A stretch of DNA of 64,000 bases from Candidatus Micrarchaeota archaeon (GCA_021852055.1 JAJZOD010000010.1:119548-183547); one strand, 5' to 3'. Shown: positions 39,083 to 49,467, numbered from the stretch's first letter. The notes: generated from the sequence alone by a model not told the origin. Program-made: numbers and translations.

Positions 39083-39997
39083 TTGGACATTGCACGGTTA
39101 TTTACGCAGAGCTTTAGTGACATATTAGCTAATCCGAAAGCCTTGCTGCCAAGCATTGTAATGCTTTTGGCTGTTTTTGCAGTTGCAATATTTATATTAT
39201 TGGCAGTGTTTGTTCCGATAATAAAAGGGCTAAGCGGCAACTTTCACAACATAACAGAGATAAAGTCGCTTACGGTCACACCAACAGGCGCAGGTATTGC
39301 TGCATTTAAAACAAAGGTGCTTAATGTTCTTTTTAGCGCCGGTGGGCAGGTATTAATATATGTTTTTGTGTTTGCAGCTGTTATTGCTTTGGCATCTGTA
39401 CTTATAAGCGGGGTAGTGATTGCAATAGGAGGCCAGATTTATAGGAAAAGGAAGCTCAGTCTGTCTGAGGCCGTAAGAGTCGCAGCTTCAAGATATCTCA
39501 GCCTTCTGGGTGCAGGAGCTGCAGAATTTGCAATAATCGCAGCAGTTTTTCTAATTGCATTTGCAGCAGTTATGCTGACTTTCTCGTTGTCGCACATATC
39601 AGAGAGCATTGTTGTAGCTGTAATAACCGGTATCTTATTAATATTGATATCCGTGTTTATTGAAATACTGTTTTTTATGGTAAACACCATTATAATATTA
39701 GATAATAAAGGCGCTATTGAAAGCATGCGGGAGGGGTTCATGCTCGCATGGCGCAATAAGGTTGAAGTTATTATAATACTACTGCTCATGTTTGTAATAA
39801 GCATGATTGCCTCGTTCGCAGAGGCGATTATAAACATAATACCGATTGCCGGGGTTATAGTGCTGTTCCTCGTGGATGTCTTTATATCGGTGTGGTTTGG
39901 CTTCCTGCCGGTATACTTTTACATGAATCTCAATGTCGGGAACAGGGCCGCCGGAGGCAAGGGAGTTGCAAGAAGAAAAAAGGCAGCGCAGATATGA
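39083..39997 (+). CDS. Multi-pass membrane protein of unknown function
   Basis: About six TM helices, KLSLSEAVRVAASRYLSLLGA and GAIESMREGFML pattern. Confidence 0.75.
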   Translation: MDIARLFTQSFSDILANPKALLPSIVMLLAVFAVAIFILLAVFVPIIKGLSGNFHNITEIKSLTVTPTGAGIAAFKTKVLNVLFSAGGQVLIYVFVFAAVIALASVLISGVVIAIGGQIYRKRKLSLSEAVRVAASRYLSLLGAGAAEFAIIAAVFLIAFAAVMLTFSLSHISESIVVAVITGILLILISVFIEILFFMVNTIIILDNKGAIESMREGFMLAWRNKVEVIIILLLMFVISMIASFAEAIINIIPIAGVIVLFLVDVFISVWFGFLPVYFYMNLNVGNRAAGGKGVARRKKAAQI

Positions 39998-40010
39998 GTT
40001 GTGTGATGTG

Positions 40011-40409
40011 ATGTCGATAATAAAAGAGTTTGAGGATTTTTTCATAAAAGGCAACGTTCTTGATCTTGCAGTGGCATTTATAATGGGCGCAGCATTCAAC
40101 GCAGTTGTCACTGCACTGGTTACAGATATATTTACGCCGCTCATAGGAATTCCGGGTCACATAAATCTTAATCAGGTGACGTACACGCTTAACGGAAGCA
40201 CATTTCTCCTTGGCGCGTTTGTTAACTCAGTTATAGCATTTCTAAGCATAAGCATTGTTGTGTTCTTCTTTGTCATTAAACCAGTGTCAAAGATAAAAAA
40301 GAAGCATGCTGACGCTGCACCTGCGCAGCAGACAAAAACATGCACTTACTGCTTATCGAATATACCGCTAATGGCAACCAGGTGCCCTTTCTGCACTTCG
40401 CAGCTATAA
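40011..40409 (+). CDS. mscL: Large-conductance mechanosensitive channel MscL with C-terminal Zn-ribbon
   Basis: EFEDFFIKGNVLDLAVAFIMGAAF..VV.ALVTDI, GAFVNSVIAFL and CTYC...CPFC. Confidence 0.92.
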   Translation: MSIIKEFEDFFIKGNVLDLAVAFIMGAAFNAVVTALVTDIFTPLIGIPGHINLNQVTYTLNGSTFLLGAFVNSVIAFLSISIVVFFFVIKPVSKIKKKHADAAPAQQTKTCTYCLSNIPLMATRCPFCTSQL

Positions 40410-40476
40410 CTGCAGAATATTCTTGATGAGACTAGGACCCAGCAATAATTAAAATGCGCGAGCTTCCGTATTGTGA

Positions 40477-41304
40477 CTACTTTTTGATATTTCTGCCTAC
40501 TGATTTTGCAACGCTGCGCAGATCATCCATCAACTCGGCAAATTCTTCTATGCTGAGTTGCTGCTCTTTGTCGCTAAGCGCTTTTTCAGGATTGTTGTGG
40601 ACTTCTATCTCGAGCATATCTGCCCCTGCGGCTACTGCTGCGAGGGCCATCGGCTTTACAAATTCACGCCTGCCGGCAGAATGGCTCGGGTCTACAGCCA
40701 CAGGCAGGTGCGACATCAGCTGCGACAGCGCTATAGAACCTATGTCCATTGAGAACCTTGTTGCACCCTCTATGCTGCGCGCACCGCGATAACAGAGCAC
40801 TACATCTTTATTGCCTGCGCTTAGTATGTATTCTGAGGACATAAGCCACTCGTTCACTGTTGTGCCTAGACCGTTTTTCAGGAGCACGGGTACGTGTTGC
40901 TCTCCCAGCCGTTTAAGCATGTCAAAGTTCTGTGAATTCCTTGCACCGACCTGTATCATGTCTACCTTCCCTGCATAGAGTTTAGTAAGCGTAATGTCAG
41001 TAAGCTCCGTAACGACAGGCATGCCAGTCATATTGCGTGCTTTTTCTAGCAGGCGTATTCCTTCAATGCCAAGACCTTGAAAAGAGTATGGAGAGCTTCT
41101 GGGTTTGAATGCACCTCCGCGCAGCATTGAAGCGCCATTTTTTGCAACACCATTGGCAGTCTCGAGAAGCTGCTCCTCGCTTTCTACAGAACATGGCCCT
41201 GCAGCTATTATTATATCTCTGCCGCCTATCTTTACTCCGGAAACATCAACTACTGTATCGGATTTTTTGTACTTCCTTGAAAAATGGTATGTCTTTTGGT
41301 CTAT
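40477..41304 (-). CDS. aroF: DAHP synthase class I-beta (catalytic barrel only); inferred ATA start
   Basis: GGAFKPRSSPYSFQG, QVGARNSQN and VDPSHSAG. The frame extends 59 codons above ATG 41127 through IAAGPCSVES to ATA 41304, which overlaps the GNAT stop as ATAG. Confidence 0.88.
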   Translation of the reverse strand: MDQKTYHFSRKYKKSDTVVDVSGVKIGGRDIIIAAGPCSVESEEQLLETANGVAKNGASMLRGGAFKPRSSPYSFQGLGIEGIRLLEKARNMTGMPVVTELTDITLTKLYAGKVDMIQVGARNSQNFDMLKRLGEQHVPVLLKNGLGTTVNEWLMSSEYILSAGNKDVVLCYRGARSIEGATRFSMDIGSIALSQLMSHLPVAVDPSHSAGRREFVKPMALAAVAAGADMLEIEVHNNPEKALSDKEQQLSIEEFAELMDDLRSVAKSVGRNIKK

Positions 41305-41618
41305 GCAATCATCTCGTTGAATTCACTGTGCTTTTCCAAAAAATGCGTTATGTAAGGGCAGTCAGGCCTTATCTTTAAGCCCTTCTTCTTTGCAAGATCG
41401 AATGCAGCATATGCCATCTTCTCGGCTATGCCCTTGCCGCGCTCTGCATCAGGCACGAATGTGTGGAATATTGACATGACGTTGCCGTTTACCTTATATA
41501 GCAGCTCGGCATCTCCATTCGGGGTCGATATGGATATCCGCTCAACCGCACCTCTTGCGCCTGCACCGGTTTTTATCTCGCATGCAGGCTTATCTTCTTT
41601 TGCAGTTTCGCTTTCCAT
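41301..41618 (-). CDS. GNAT-family N-acetyltransferase (YjdJ-like)
   Basis: SIFHTFVPDAERGKGIAEKM and IRPDCPYI. Confidence 0.88.
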   Translation of the reverse strand: MESETAKEDKPACEIKTGAGARGAVERISISTPNGDAELLYKVNGNVMSIFHTFVPDAERGKGIAEKMAYAAFDLAKKKGLKIRPDCPYITHFLEKHSEFNEMIA

Positions 41619-41627
41619 TATACCATC

Positions 41628-41963
41628 TTAGCTCCTGGAAACTATGGCAGCGCCTATGGCTATTGCCGCAATGCCGGCCCAGCGCAGCATAGTTATAGAT
41701 TCATTAAGCACGAACAATGCAAGTATGTTAGTGAATATGTAGGTCAAGCCTGTGAAGCTGTATGCCCAGCTCAGATGAGATCTTCCGAGGACGAACAGGT
41801 ACAGGAGCGTAGAAAGACCGTAGAGAACAAACCCCAAAATTATGTATGGCACTGATATTACAGAGTAATCGACTCCGAACTTGAACGAGAGCTGGCCTAC
41901 AGATGCAAGTAGTGTGCCTATTATGAGTATTGCTGCAAAAAAAACTTTTCCTTCTGTGTTCAA
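41628..41963 (-). CDS. Small DMT/EamA-family membrane protein
   Basis: Four TM helices, GQLSFKFG, LSWAYSFT and LNESIT..RWAG. Confidence 0.8.
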   Translation of the reverse strand: MNTEGKVFFAAILIIGTLLASVGQLSFKFGVDYSVISVPYIILGFVLYGLSTLLYLFVLGRSHLSWAYSFTGLTYIFTNILALFVLNESITMLRWAGIAAIAIGAAIVSRS

Positions 41964-41967
41964 TATA

Positions 41968-42330
41968 TTACCCGTATGTTAATGCTATTATTATTATGCC
42001 GATTATTATCAGGGCCGTTCCGGCAAGCCTGCCTGCACTGAGCTTTTCCTTGAGCAAAAAGTAAGACAGAAGCAACACGAATATGAATGTGCTTGAAAAT
42101 ATAGAGTATACAAATGAGAGAGCACCCGAGTCGAGCGCGCTAAGGTAGAAAACTGCACTTCCTATGTAAAGCGCCACTCCGACAACAACACCCCTGTTCC
42201 TCAGAAGGCTTAAGACTCCGCTTATGCTGAGCTTGAATTTGTGTATAGAGTTCTTCAGTAAATACTGCGATACTGCAGCCACTGCTGCGGCCAGAGTCGT
42301 AAAAAGTATTATGTATGTCTCTCCAAGCAT
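41968..42330 (-). CDS. Small DMT/EamA-family membrane protein (probable partner of adjacent gene)
   Basis: Four TM helices, SQYLLK, LSFVYSIFS and LLKEKLS..RLAG. Confidence 0.8.
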   Translation of the reverse strand: MLGETYIILFTTLAAAVAAVSQYLLKNSIHKFKLSISGVLSLLRNRGVVVGVALYIGSAVFYLSALDSGALSFVYSIFSSTFIFVLLLSYFLLKEKLSAGRLAGTALIIIGIIIIALTYG

Positions 42331-42344
42331 AGCAAACCACTATC

Positions 42345-42425
42345 CATGTTTCCGGCAACATGTAATTGAGTGACATCCTCTCTCAATTACTGTAAACTGT
42401 ATCGCTGCCGTTGCAGGCATTACAG
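42345..42425 (-). promoter_or_regulatory. Structured 5' leader candidate (three tandem hairpins)
   Basis: Stems CTGTA/TACAG + CTGC/GCAG (42397-42425), GTAATTGAG/CTCAATTAC (42362-42390) and CATGTT/AACATG (42345-42362). TTTATATA on the minus strand at 42449-42442. Confidence 0.4.
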
Positions 42426-42579
42426 ATTTTATTCCAGGCAATATATAAATCTACGGATTTGCAGGCACGCACATTAAATGCACAGGTTTTGCGCACGCTC
42501 TAGTTATGATGCCATTTTGATGATAAACGGCTTTGCAGCAAAACGAAGCTTTTTAAGGATGCATTTTCATAAACAACAT

Positions 42580-42804
42580 ATGGAAGAGGATGAACGCAAC
42601 TCTGTGATGTCTGCACTGCTAGTGATTATATTGACGATGGCCGCTTTTGTGGCTTACTTCACATCAGGCAACAGCATAGTGTTCTGGGTAGTGGCCATAC
42701 TGGCGCTGATCGCAGGCATATACATGGCTTACAGGCTTTCTGAAGAGGGCAAGGCCCTGGATAAGAAGCTTGTATCCAGGAAAGGCTCCAAGGGAGCAAA
42801 ATGA
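42580..42804 (+). CDS. Small two-TM membrane protein
   Basis: Two hydrophobic helices and a basic tail. ATGA overlap with topA. Confidence 0.65.
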   Translation: MEEDERNSVMSALLVIILTMAAFVAYFTSGNSIVFWVVAILALIAGIYMAYRLSEEGKALDKKLVSRKGSKGAK

Positions 42805-45032
42805 ATGTACTTATTGTAGCTGAGAAGCCCAGCGTAGCGTTGCGCATAGCGCTGTCCTTGGGAGATGGGCAGCCGAAAAGGTATAATATCCAGGGTGTTG
42901 GGTATTTTGAAGTACAGAAAGGCGCAGACACGCTGTATATTGTTGCTGCAGCAGGCCACCTGTTCTCCCTGCACCAGAAGGAGAAGATACACGAGCTCCC
43001 AATATTTGACATAGAGTGGGTGCCTTCGTATAAGATAAACACAGGCTCGTATTTTACAAAAAAATATTTAGATGTAATAATGCAGATAGGCAAAAAATGC
43101 ACGTATTTCATAAACGCATGCGACTATGACCTTGAAGGCAGCGTTATAGGCACCAATATAATAAAAACAGTAGTCAACGGCGAAGTGAACTCTGGGCTTG
43201 ACGGCAGTAGAGTGGGGCGCATGAAATACTCTACAACAACAACACCAGACCTGATACGCTCTTATGAGGAACGTGAATCTTTCGACTCGAACAATTACGA
43301 TGCAGGAGAGGCCCGCCATGAACTTGACTGGATGTGGGGCATAAACATGAGCAGGGCGCTCATGAATGCGCTATATGCAAGCGGCACGAAGAAAATACTG
43401 AGCATAGGCAGGGTGCAGGGGCCTGCGCTCGGAATACTAGCTGCCCGTGAGAACGAGATAGCTCATTTTGTCCCTAGACCATTTTGGAATCTTTTTATAA
43501 AAGTTAAAGGCGCAGAGCTCCAGAATAAGAGGGGCAACATAGAGGATAAAGAAACAGCCGAAAAGGCCATGCTAGATACAGGCGTAGGCGGTGCAGTAGT
43601 GTCTGCTTTTGAACAGAAGAACGAACTGCACGCACCTTTTCCGCCTTTTGATCTTACATCTCTGCAGCTTGAAGCGAGCAGGGTCTATAGGATAGACCCA
43701 TCGAGAACACTGAAGGTTGCGCAGGCGCTGTACGAGCGCTCACACATATCTTATCCAAGGACATCTTCGCAGAAACTTCCTGCAACGCTGAACCTTAAAA
43801 AGGTAATAACTGACATTGGGAAAAACGAGGCATATGCAAAACACGCGAACGCGCTCATAAACAGCAACAGGACAAGGCCGCATGAGGGTGCAAAGGATGA
43901 CGAAGCACACCCGGCAGTTTACCCGACGGGTGTAATGCCTAAAAAACTATCCGAGGAGGAAGAAAAGATTTATGACCTCATAGTGCGCAGGTTCCTTGCA
44001 TGCTTCGCAGAATATTACAAGGGCGAAAAAAGGAGCATAACGGTATCTGCAGGAGGCGAAGAGTATTACGCATCAGGAGAGGTCGTGAAGGAGCAGGGAT
44101 GGCTCCCGTTTTATATTCACTACAAGCCAAAAGAGCTAGAGATCCCTGAATTTGCAGTAAACAGTACAGTTGAGATAGAGGACAAGTATATGCGCGAAGG
44201 CAAGACAGAGCCCCCGAGGAGGTTTGGAAAGGCAAGCCTGATAGGCCTTCTGGAAAAGAAGAATCTTGGTACAAAGGCAACGCGCGCATCAATAATAGAC
44301 ACTTTATTTGACAGAGGGTACATACGCAACTCTAAGATAGAAGTCACTGATTTCGGCATGAGCGTATACAGTGCACTGCATAATTACTGCCCTGAGATAC
44401 TTGACGAGGAGATGACAAAGAAACTTGACGGCGATCTCGATGGCATATCAAAAAACAGGATTAAAAAGACTGATGTCGTGCATGAAGGCAAGCAGATAAT
44501 TACCGATATAATAAAAGAGTTCGAGTCGAGGAAAAAAGAGATAGGCGAAGAACTGAAGAAAGGGCTTATGGAAAGCGAGAAGCTAGATATACTGGGCAAG
44601 TGCGCAAAATGCGGCGGGAATATCATAATAAAAAGGTCAAAGATAGGAAAACAGTTCGCCGGATGCAGCAACTGGCCTGCATGCGATAACTCATTCCCTC
44701 TGCCGCAGTACGCGAAGGTTGTGCCTTTGAACAAAATGTGTGATGTGTGCGGCACTCCGAGAATAAAGGTCTTTTCAAAAGGCAAGGTTTACGAGATGTG
44801 CATCGACCCCAACTGCGAGACGAAGAAGGATTGGGGTAAAAAAAAGGAAGAGAAAGGCAGCGCTAAGGTAGTGGCGGGTGCGCGTGGAGGTGTTGCAGTA
44901 GAAAAAACCGCAAAGGCGCCTATGGCGCCTACGAAGAAAGGGCGAAGAAGGGCGAAAACCGCAAAAGCAGCCGGAGAAAAGCCAAAGGCTAAAGGCAAAA
45001 AAGCTGATGCTGCAGATGCAAATAATTCGTAA
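42801..45032 (+). CDS. topA: DNA topoisomerase I (type IA) with Zn ribbons and Lys/Ala-rich tail
   Basis: VAEKPSVA, ACDYDLEG, SIGRVQGP, HISYPRTSS (catalytic Tyr), EAHPAVYPT and LGTKATR. Confidence 0.96.
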   Translation: MNVLIVAEKPSVALRIALSLGDGQPKRYNIQGVGYFEVQKGADTLYIVAAAGHLFSLHQKEKIHELPIFDIEWVPSYKINTGSYFTKKYLDVIMQIGKKCTYFINACDYDLEGSVIGTNIIKTVVNGEVNSGLDGSRVGRMKYSTTTTPDLIRSYEERESFDSNNYDAGEARHELDWMWGINMSRALMNALYASGTKKILSIGRVQGPALGILAARENEIAHFVPRPFWNLFIKVKGAELQNKRGNIEDKETAEKAMLDTGVGGAVVSAFEQKNELHAPFPPFDLTSLQLEASRVYRIDPSRTLKVAQALYERSHISYPRTSSQKLPATLNLKKVITDIGKNEAYAKHANALINSNRTRPHEGAKDDEAHPAVYPTGVMPKKLSEEEEKIYDLIVRRFLACFAEYYKGEKRSITVSAGGEEYYASGEVVKEQGWLPFYIHYKPKELEIPEFAVNSTVEIEDKYMREGKTEPPRRFGKASLIGLLEKKNLGTKATRASIIDTLFDRGYIRNSKIEVTDFGMSVYSALHNYCPEILDEEMTKKLDGDLDGISKNRIKKTDVVHEGKQIITDIIKEFESRKKEIGEELKKGLMESEKLDILGKCAKCGGNIIIKRSKIGKQFAGCSNWPACDNSFPLPQYAKVVPLNKMCDVCGTPRIKVFSKGKVYEMCIDPNCETKKDWGKKKEEKGSAKVVAGARGGVAVEKTAKAPMAPTKKGRRRAKTAKAAGEKPKAKGKKADAADANNS

Positions 45033-45125
45033 TCAGGCACCGGCCGATCAAAAGCTGGATTTAAATACTTTACACGCAATATGATATTACATCAAGGCGC
45101 AGACTGCACTGCCGGGGCTGTTATA

Positions 45126-47111
45126 ATGAAGAAATTTAAGACAACAGATGATATAAAAATCTCCGATAGGATAATAGACCAGGTAGTCGGACAGGAGAAT
45201 GCAGTTGCAATAATCAGGAAGGCGGCAAGGCAGCATAGGAACGTGTTGCTTATAGGCGAGCCCGGAGTCGGAAAAACAATGCTGGCCCAAGGAATGGCTG
45301 AACTGCTGCCTACTGCAGACCTTGAAGACATACTTGTATACAAAAATCCAAATGACGAAAACAGGCCCATAATAAAAGCTGTAAAGACGTACCCGCAGCC
45401 GCCAGTGCAGGGGAAACCGCTTGGCGATGGACAGGGGCGTCAGATAGTCCAGAAGGAAAAGATGAAAGGCAAGGTAGACCCAGTGGCAGGACGCAGCAAC
45501 ATAGCACCGATAGTGCTCATACTAGTAGTGATCCTGCTTGCCGTAAGCTTGTCAGGATTTCTTAACGGAAATGAACTGCTGGTGCTGGGAGCTGTAATAC
45601 TCGGTATATTCATATTCGGTTCAATGGCCCTTTTTGTGAGCAGCATCAGACGCGCAGGAGGCATGTTCTCGGGCAGCGGCATGTTTGAGACAAACACGCC
45701 CAAGCTCATAGTGGACAACACGGGCATGACGCATGCGCCTTTTGTAGATGCTACAGGCTCAAGATCAGGAGCGATATTCGGCGACGTCAGGCACGATCCG
45801 CTTCAATCCGGTGGCCTGGGAACACCGCCACACCTGAGGGTAGAGAGCGGGGCAATACACAGGGCAAACAACGGAATATTGTTTATAGATGAAGTTGCGG
45901 ATCTGGAGCCCAAGTCCCAGCAGGAACTGCTCACAGCACTGCAGGAGAGGAAGTATCCTATAACAGGGCAGAGCGAGATGAGTTCAGGGGCGCTGATAAG
46001 GACGGAGCCTGTTCCGTGCAACTTTTTGCTTGTCGCTGCAGGGAACATGCAGGACATACAGAAGATGCACCCTGCACTGCGCTCAAGGATACGCGGTTAC
46101 GGATATGAGGTTTACATGGAATCGTCCATGCCCGACACGGATGCAAACCGTGAAGCGCTTATAAAGTTTATAACACAGGAGATAAAGAAAGACAACAAGA
46201 TACCGGCTTTTGACTATGATGCGTGCATGGCAATAATAGATGAGGCGAGAAGACGCAGCGGCAGAAAAGGCAGGCTTACGCTTATTCTGAGAGACCTTGG
46301 CGGCCTTATACGTGCTGCAGGAGACATAGCAGTGGAGCATAACAAAAAAATCGTAACTAAAGATGACATAAAAGCTGCAATGACTCTGGCAAGGCCAATA
46401 GAAGCGCAGTACGTTGCACAGAGCATTGAGTACAGGAAGGATTATAAGATATTCAAAACATCAGGTTTCGCCATAGGTCGCGTAAACGGCCTTGCAATAA
46501 TCGGATCATCGTACCTGTCCGCAGGGATAGTCCTGCCCATAGTTGCAGAGGTGACTCCGGCGAGCTCCCGTACAGAAGGCAGGCTCATACCTACGGGCAA
46601 GCTCGGTAAGATAGCGCAGGAGGCAGTGAAGAACATAAGCGCTATAATTAAAAGGCACATAGGCAGGGATATGACAAGATACGACATACACGTCCAGTTT
46701 CTACAGACCTATGAAGGCGTAGAAGGTGACAGCGCAAGCATCTCTGTTGCAGTTGCAGTCATATCTGCATTGGAAGGCATACCAGTAGATGAAAGCACTG
46801 CAATGACTGGTTCGCTCTCCGTAAGGGGCGAGGTGCTTCCGATAGGCGGAGTAAGCAATAAGATAATTGCGGCTATAGAAGCAGGAATGAAGCAGGTCAT
46901 TATACCGAAAAGCAACGAGAGGGACATATACTTAGACAAGAAGGAGATGGATAAGATACGCATAGTGCCTGTGGGCAACATAGCAGAGGTGCTTGAGCAT
47001 GCACTTAAGAAAAGCCCCAGGCGTGACGCAATGATAAACGAGCTGAGAAAGTATATAACCAATGACTCAAAGGAGAGGGAGCCGCTCACAGCAAAAGGCC
47101 TTGATGGGTAA
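45126..47111 (+). CDS. lonB: Archaeal membrane-anchored Lon protease LonB
   Basis: [15 protein letters not shown], two TM helices within the AAA+ domain, EGDSAS (Ser) and IGGVSNK (Lys). Confidence 0.96.
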   Translation: MKKFKTTDDIKISDRIIDQVVGQENAVAIIRKAARQHRNVLLIGEPGVGKTMLAQGMAELLPTADLEDILVYKNPNDENRPIIKAVKTYPQPPVQGKPLGDGQGRQIVQKEKMKGKVDPVAGRSNIAPIVLILVVILLAVSLSGFLNGNELLVLGAVILGIFIFGSMALFVSSIRRAGGMFSGSGMFETNTPKLIVDNTGMTHAPFVDATGSRSGAIFGDVRHDPLQSGGLGTPPHLRVESGAIHRANNGILFIDEVADLEPKSQQELLTALQERKYPITGQSEMSSGALIRTEPVPCNFLLVAAGNMQDIQKMHPALRSRIRGYGYEVYMESSMPDTDANREALIKFITQEIKKDNKIPAFDYDACMAIIDEARRRSGRKGRLTLILRDLGGLIRAAGDIAVEHNKKIVTKDDIKAAMTLARPIEAQYVAQSIEYRKDYKIFKTSGFAIGRVNGLAIIGSSYLSAGIVLPIVAEVTPASSRTEGRLIPTGKLGKIAQEAVKNISAIIKRHIGRDMTRYDIHVQFLQTYEGVEGDSASISVAVAVISALEGIPVDESTAMTGSLSVRGEVLPIGGVSNKIIAAIEAGMKQVIIPKSNERDIYLDKKEMDKIRIVPVGNIAEVLEHALKKSPRRDAMINELRKYITNDSKEREPLTAKGLDG

Positions 47112-47137
47112 ATTACTAAAAATGACTGAATGATTGC

Positions 47138-48256
47138 ATGAAAAATAAAGCAGAAGATACTGAAACTGAAAGGCCGTTAAAAAAGATAGAAGAGCTTGGG
47201 AATGAGATAGTCCGCGACATAAAGCTCGGGAACAACCCCAAGTTTGTTACAACTGTCAGAAGCAGGTCTAATATAATATTTGACCCTAAAAAAGGATATC
47301 TGGCTCTCGGCAGTTCAAAAGAGGAGAGGAACTTTATAAATGTGGCGCAGTCGAAAAGGTTTATGCAGACTGTCGCTGTTGCAGCAAAATGCCACAAGTT
47401 CGTGCAGGAGGGCTTACACACAACAATAAGGGGCTTGTTTTACCAGCTTAAGTTCTCTCTAGGCGAGGATGTTGATGAGAACATATTCAGCGAACAGTCA
47501 GAATCAAATCCATTAATTGAAGACATAGAAGTGGCACTTGATGTTAAAAGGGAGGGGCTGAATTTGAATGCCAATAGGAAGGGCGTGCTTGCAGGCAACA
47601 TGCGCATAATAGACACCTTCGGCAACGAAAAGATAGAGATAGACTGCAGCAAACAGGGGCGCAGCGGGTGGGCTATACCGAGCGACGTAGACAACGACAT
47701 AGAGTTTGTTGACATAAAGGCTAAATACGTCCTTGTAGTTGAAAAGGACGCACTTTGGCAGAGGCTGAACGAGGACCTGTTTTGGAAAAAAGAAAATGCC
47801 ATACTTATGACACCGCAGGGACAGGCTGCGCGTGGCACAAGGCGGCTTATAAGGAAGCTTGCCGACAGAGGCCTTCCGATATACATATTTACCGATTCGG
47901 ATGCGTGGGGCTGGTACATATACTGGACTATAAAAACAGGGAGCATAAATCTCGCATACATGGGCAGCGATGTTGCTACTCCAGAGGCGAGATTTCTGGG
48001 AGTTACAATGTCTGACCTTGACAATTACGAATTCTTAAATAAGATGACCATAAAGGCGTCTGAAGTTGATCTGAAAAGGGCGCAAGAGATGCTTAACTAT
48101 GAGTGGATTAAAAGGCATGCAGATTGGGAAGCTGAGCTGCAGCGCATGATAAAATCAAAGATAAAGCTTGAACAGGACGCCCTGCAGGGCCCGAGACTCA
48201 CATTCGTTGGCGATTACGTGCGCGAAAAGATAAAGAACAAGAAGTATCTGTCATGA
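47138..48256 (+). CDS. top6A: DNA topoisomerase VI subunit A (Spo11 family)
   Basis: TIRGLFY, QSESNPLIEDIE, LVVEKDALWQRL, TDSDAWG and KLEQDAL. Confidence 0.93.
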   Translation: MKNKAEDTETERPLKKIEELGNEIVRDIKLGNNPKFVTTVRSRSNIIFDPKKGYLALGSSKEERNFINVAQSKRFMQTVAVAAKCHKFVQEGLHTTIRGLFYQLKFSLGEDVDENIFSEQSESNPLIEDIEVALDVKREGLNLNANRKGVLAGNMRIIDTFGNEKIEIDCSKQGRSGWAIPSDVDNDIEFVDIKAKYVLVVEKDALWQRLNEDLFWKKENAILMTPQGQAARGTRRLIRKLADRGLPIYIFTDSDAWGWYIYWTIKTGSINLAYMGSDVATPEARFLGVTMSDLDNYEFLNKMTIKASEVDLKRAQEMLNYEWIKRHADWEAELQRMIKSKIKLEQDALQGPRLTFVGDYVREKIKNKKYLS

Positions 48257-48396
48257 TATGCACTGATCGTTAACAATGCAGTTGGAAAATCCCACAGCGT
48301 TTGCGGGTAGTGAATTTCAGCAGTTGATTTGAATTTCTGGGGTCAGTTCGAATCCTTTGCTTCTGCTTGTCTTACTTGCATGGCAGTGCCTGCCTT

Positions 48397-49440
48397 CTAC
48401 TTTTTGACTGCAAGCAGCATTGCCTCCTGCCTGTTGCTCGGCAACACTTTTGCGCAGTATACTGCAAACTCGCCGCTTAGGAGATCCTGTGCACGCTTTA
48501 TGTGTGCTTTTATGTTCCTCGTTGTGCATTTTATCGTTATTATGGCATGGCCGTCCCTGCGCAGGTATTTTGAAAACTTCAGCACTGCAGCCGCAGTTTC
48601 TTTTGGCGATATGTTCATGTCATCGGTAAGCATGTCTGCAGAGACGTTTCCGAGATCTGCATGCTCAAAGCCGCGACTTATATGTACAATATCGAACAGG
48701 TTTATATCGGCCTTGGATGGCTTTGCGCCTTCGACAATAAGTACGCTTTCGCCAAGTTTATTTATTCTTTCGTAATTCAGCTTTCCTCTGTCTATCGCGA
48801 TCACTTTCATACCCCTCTTTGCGAGCAGATATGACCAGCCCCCAGGGGCAGCACCAAGATCTATTGCAAGGCCTCTGACGGCCTTTATGCCGAATGTATC
48901 AAGGGTTTGAAGAAGCTTCATCTCAGCGCGGCTTATGCCTGAAGACAGTGCCTTGTAGTGTCTGTACGGATCTATGAACTGCACCTCATTGTAGTCCACA
49001 TAACCAGAGTACCACTTCATGTTTATTATTATTGTGTATGCCAGTATCTCGGGAGTTTTTAGGTCAGGGGTATAGCCACTGCTCTCGAGCCGCAGGCCTG
49101 TGCTGACTTCTATGTCTTTTGCGGAGTAGCCGCGCCTTGAATTGATATTGAAACACTCTATGCGCAGCTTTTTCTTAGGAAGCTTAAGTGCAGTTATAGA
49201 CTCTGCTGCAGAGTCAAGATACGCATTTTCATCTATAGTCCCATGGCATTGCAGTTTGAGGAGCCTGTATAGGAATATCATGCCGCTCCCGCTTACTATC
49301 CTGCTTATGTCCCTGTCATCAGCTTCGAACACCAGCACGTTGACTGCGCTGGCTATGGGCTTTATGTTTTTGAACTCACGACTTAGCTCCTCCATGCTGC
49401 TTTTTGGAAAGAAGCTTGAGAAATAGGCGATGTAGTGCAT
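48397..49440 (-). CDS. FtsJ/RlmM-like RNA 2'-O-methyltransferase with THUMP-like N-terminus
   Basis: ISRAEMKL, AIDLGAAPGGWS, VIAIDRG, TDDMN and IITIK. Confidence 0.8.
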   Translation of the reverse strand: MHYIAYFSSFFPKSSMEELSREFKNIKPIASAVNVLVFEADDRDISRIVSGSGMIFLYRLLKLQCHGTIDENAYLDSAAESITALKLPKKKLRIECFNINSRRGYSAKDIEVSTGLRLESSGYTPDLKTPEILAYTIIINMKWYSGYVDYNEVQFIDPYRHYKALSSGISRAEMKLLQTLDTFGIKAVRGLAIDLGAAPGGWSYLLAKRGMKVIAIDRGKLNYERINKLGESVLIVEGAKPSKADINLFDIVHISRGFEHADLGNVSADMLTDDMNISPKETAAAVLKFSKYLRRDGHAIITIKCTTRNIKAHIKRAQDLLSGEFAVYCAKVLPSNRQEAMLLAVKK

Positions 49441-49467
49441 GTTTATACTTCTTGTATCTGGCTTGAT

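Noticed and set aside
41301-41304. Programmed frameshift fusing GNAT to DAHP synthase
   Set aside because: No slippery heptamer at the junction and no precedent I know for that fusion; ATA initiation is the simpler reading.
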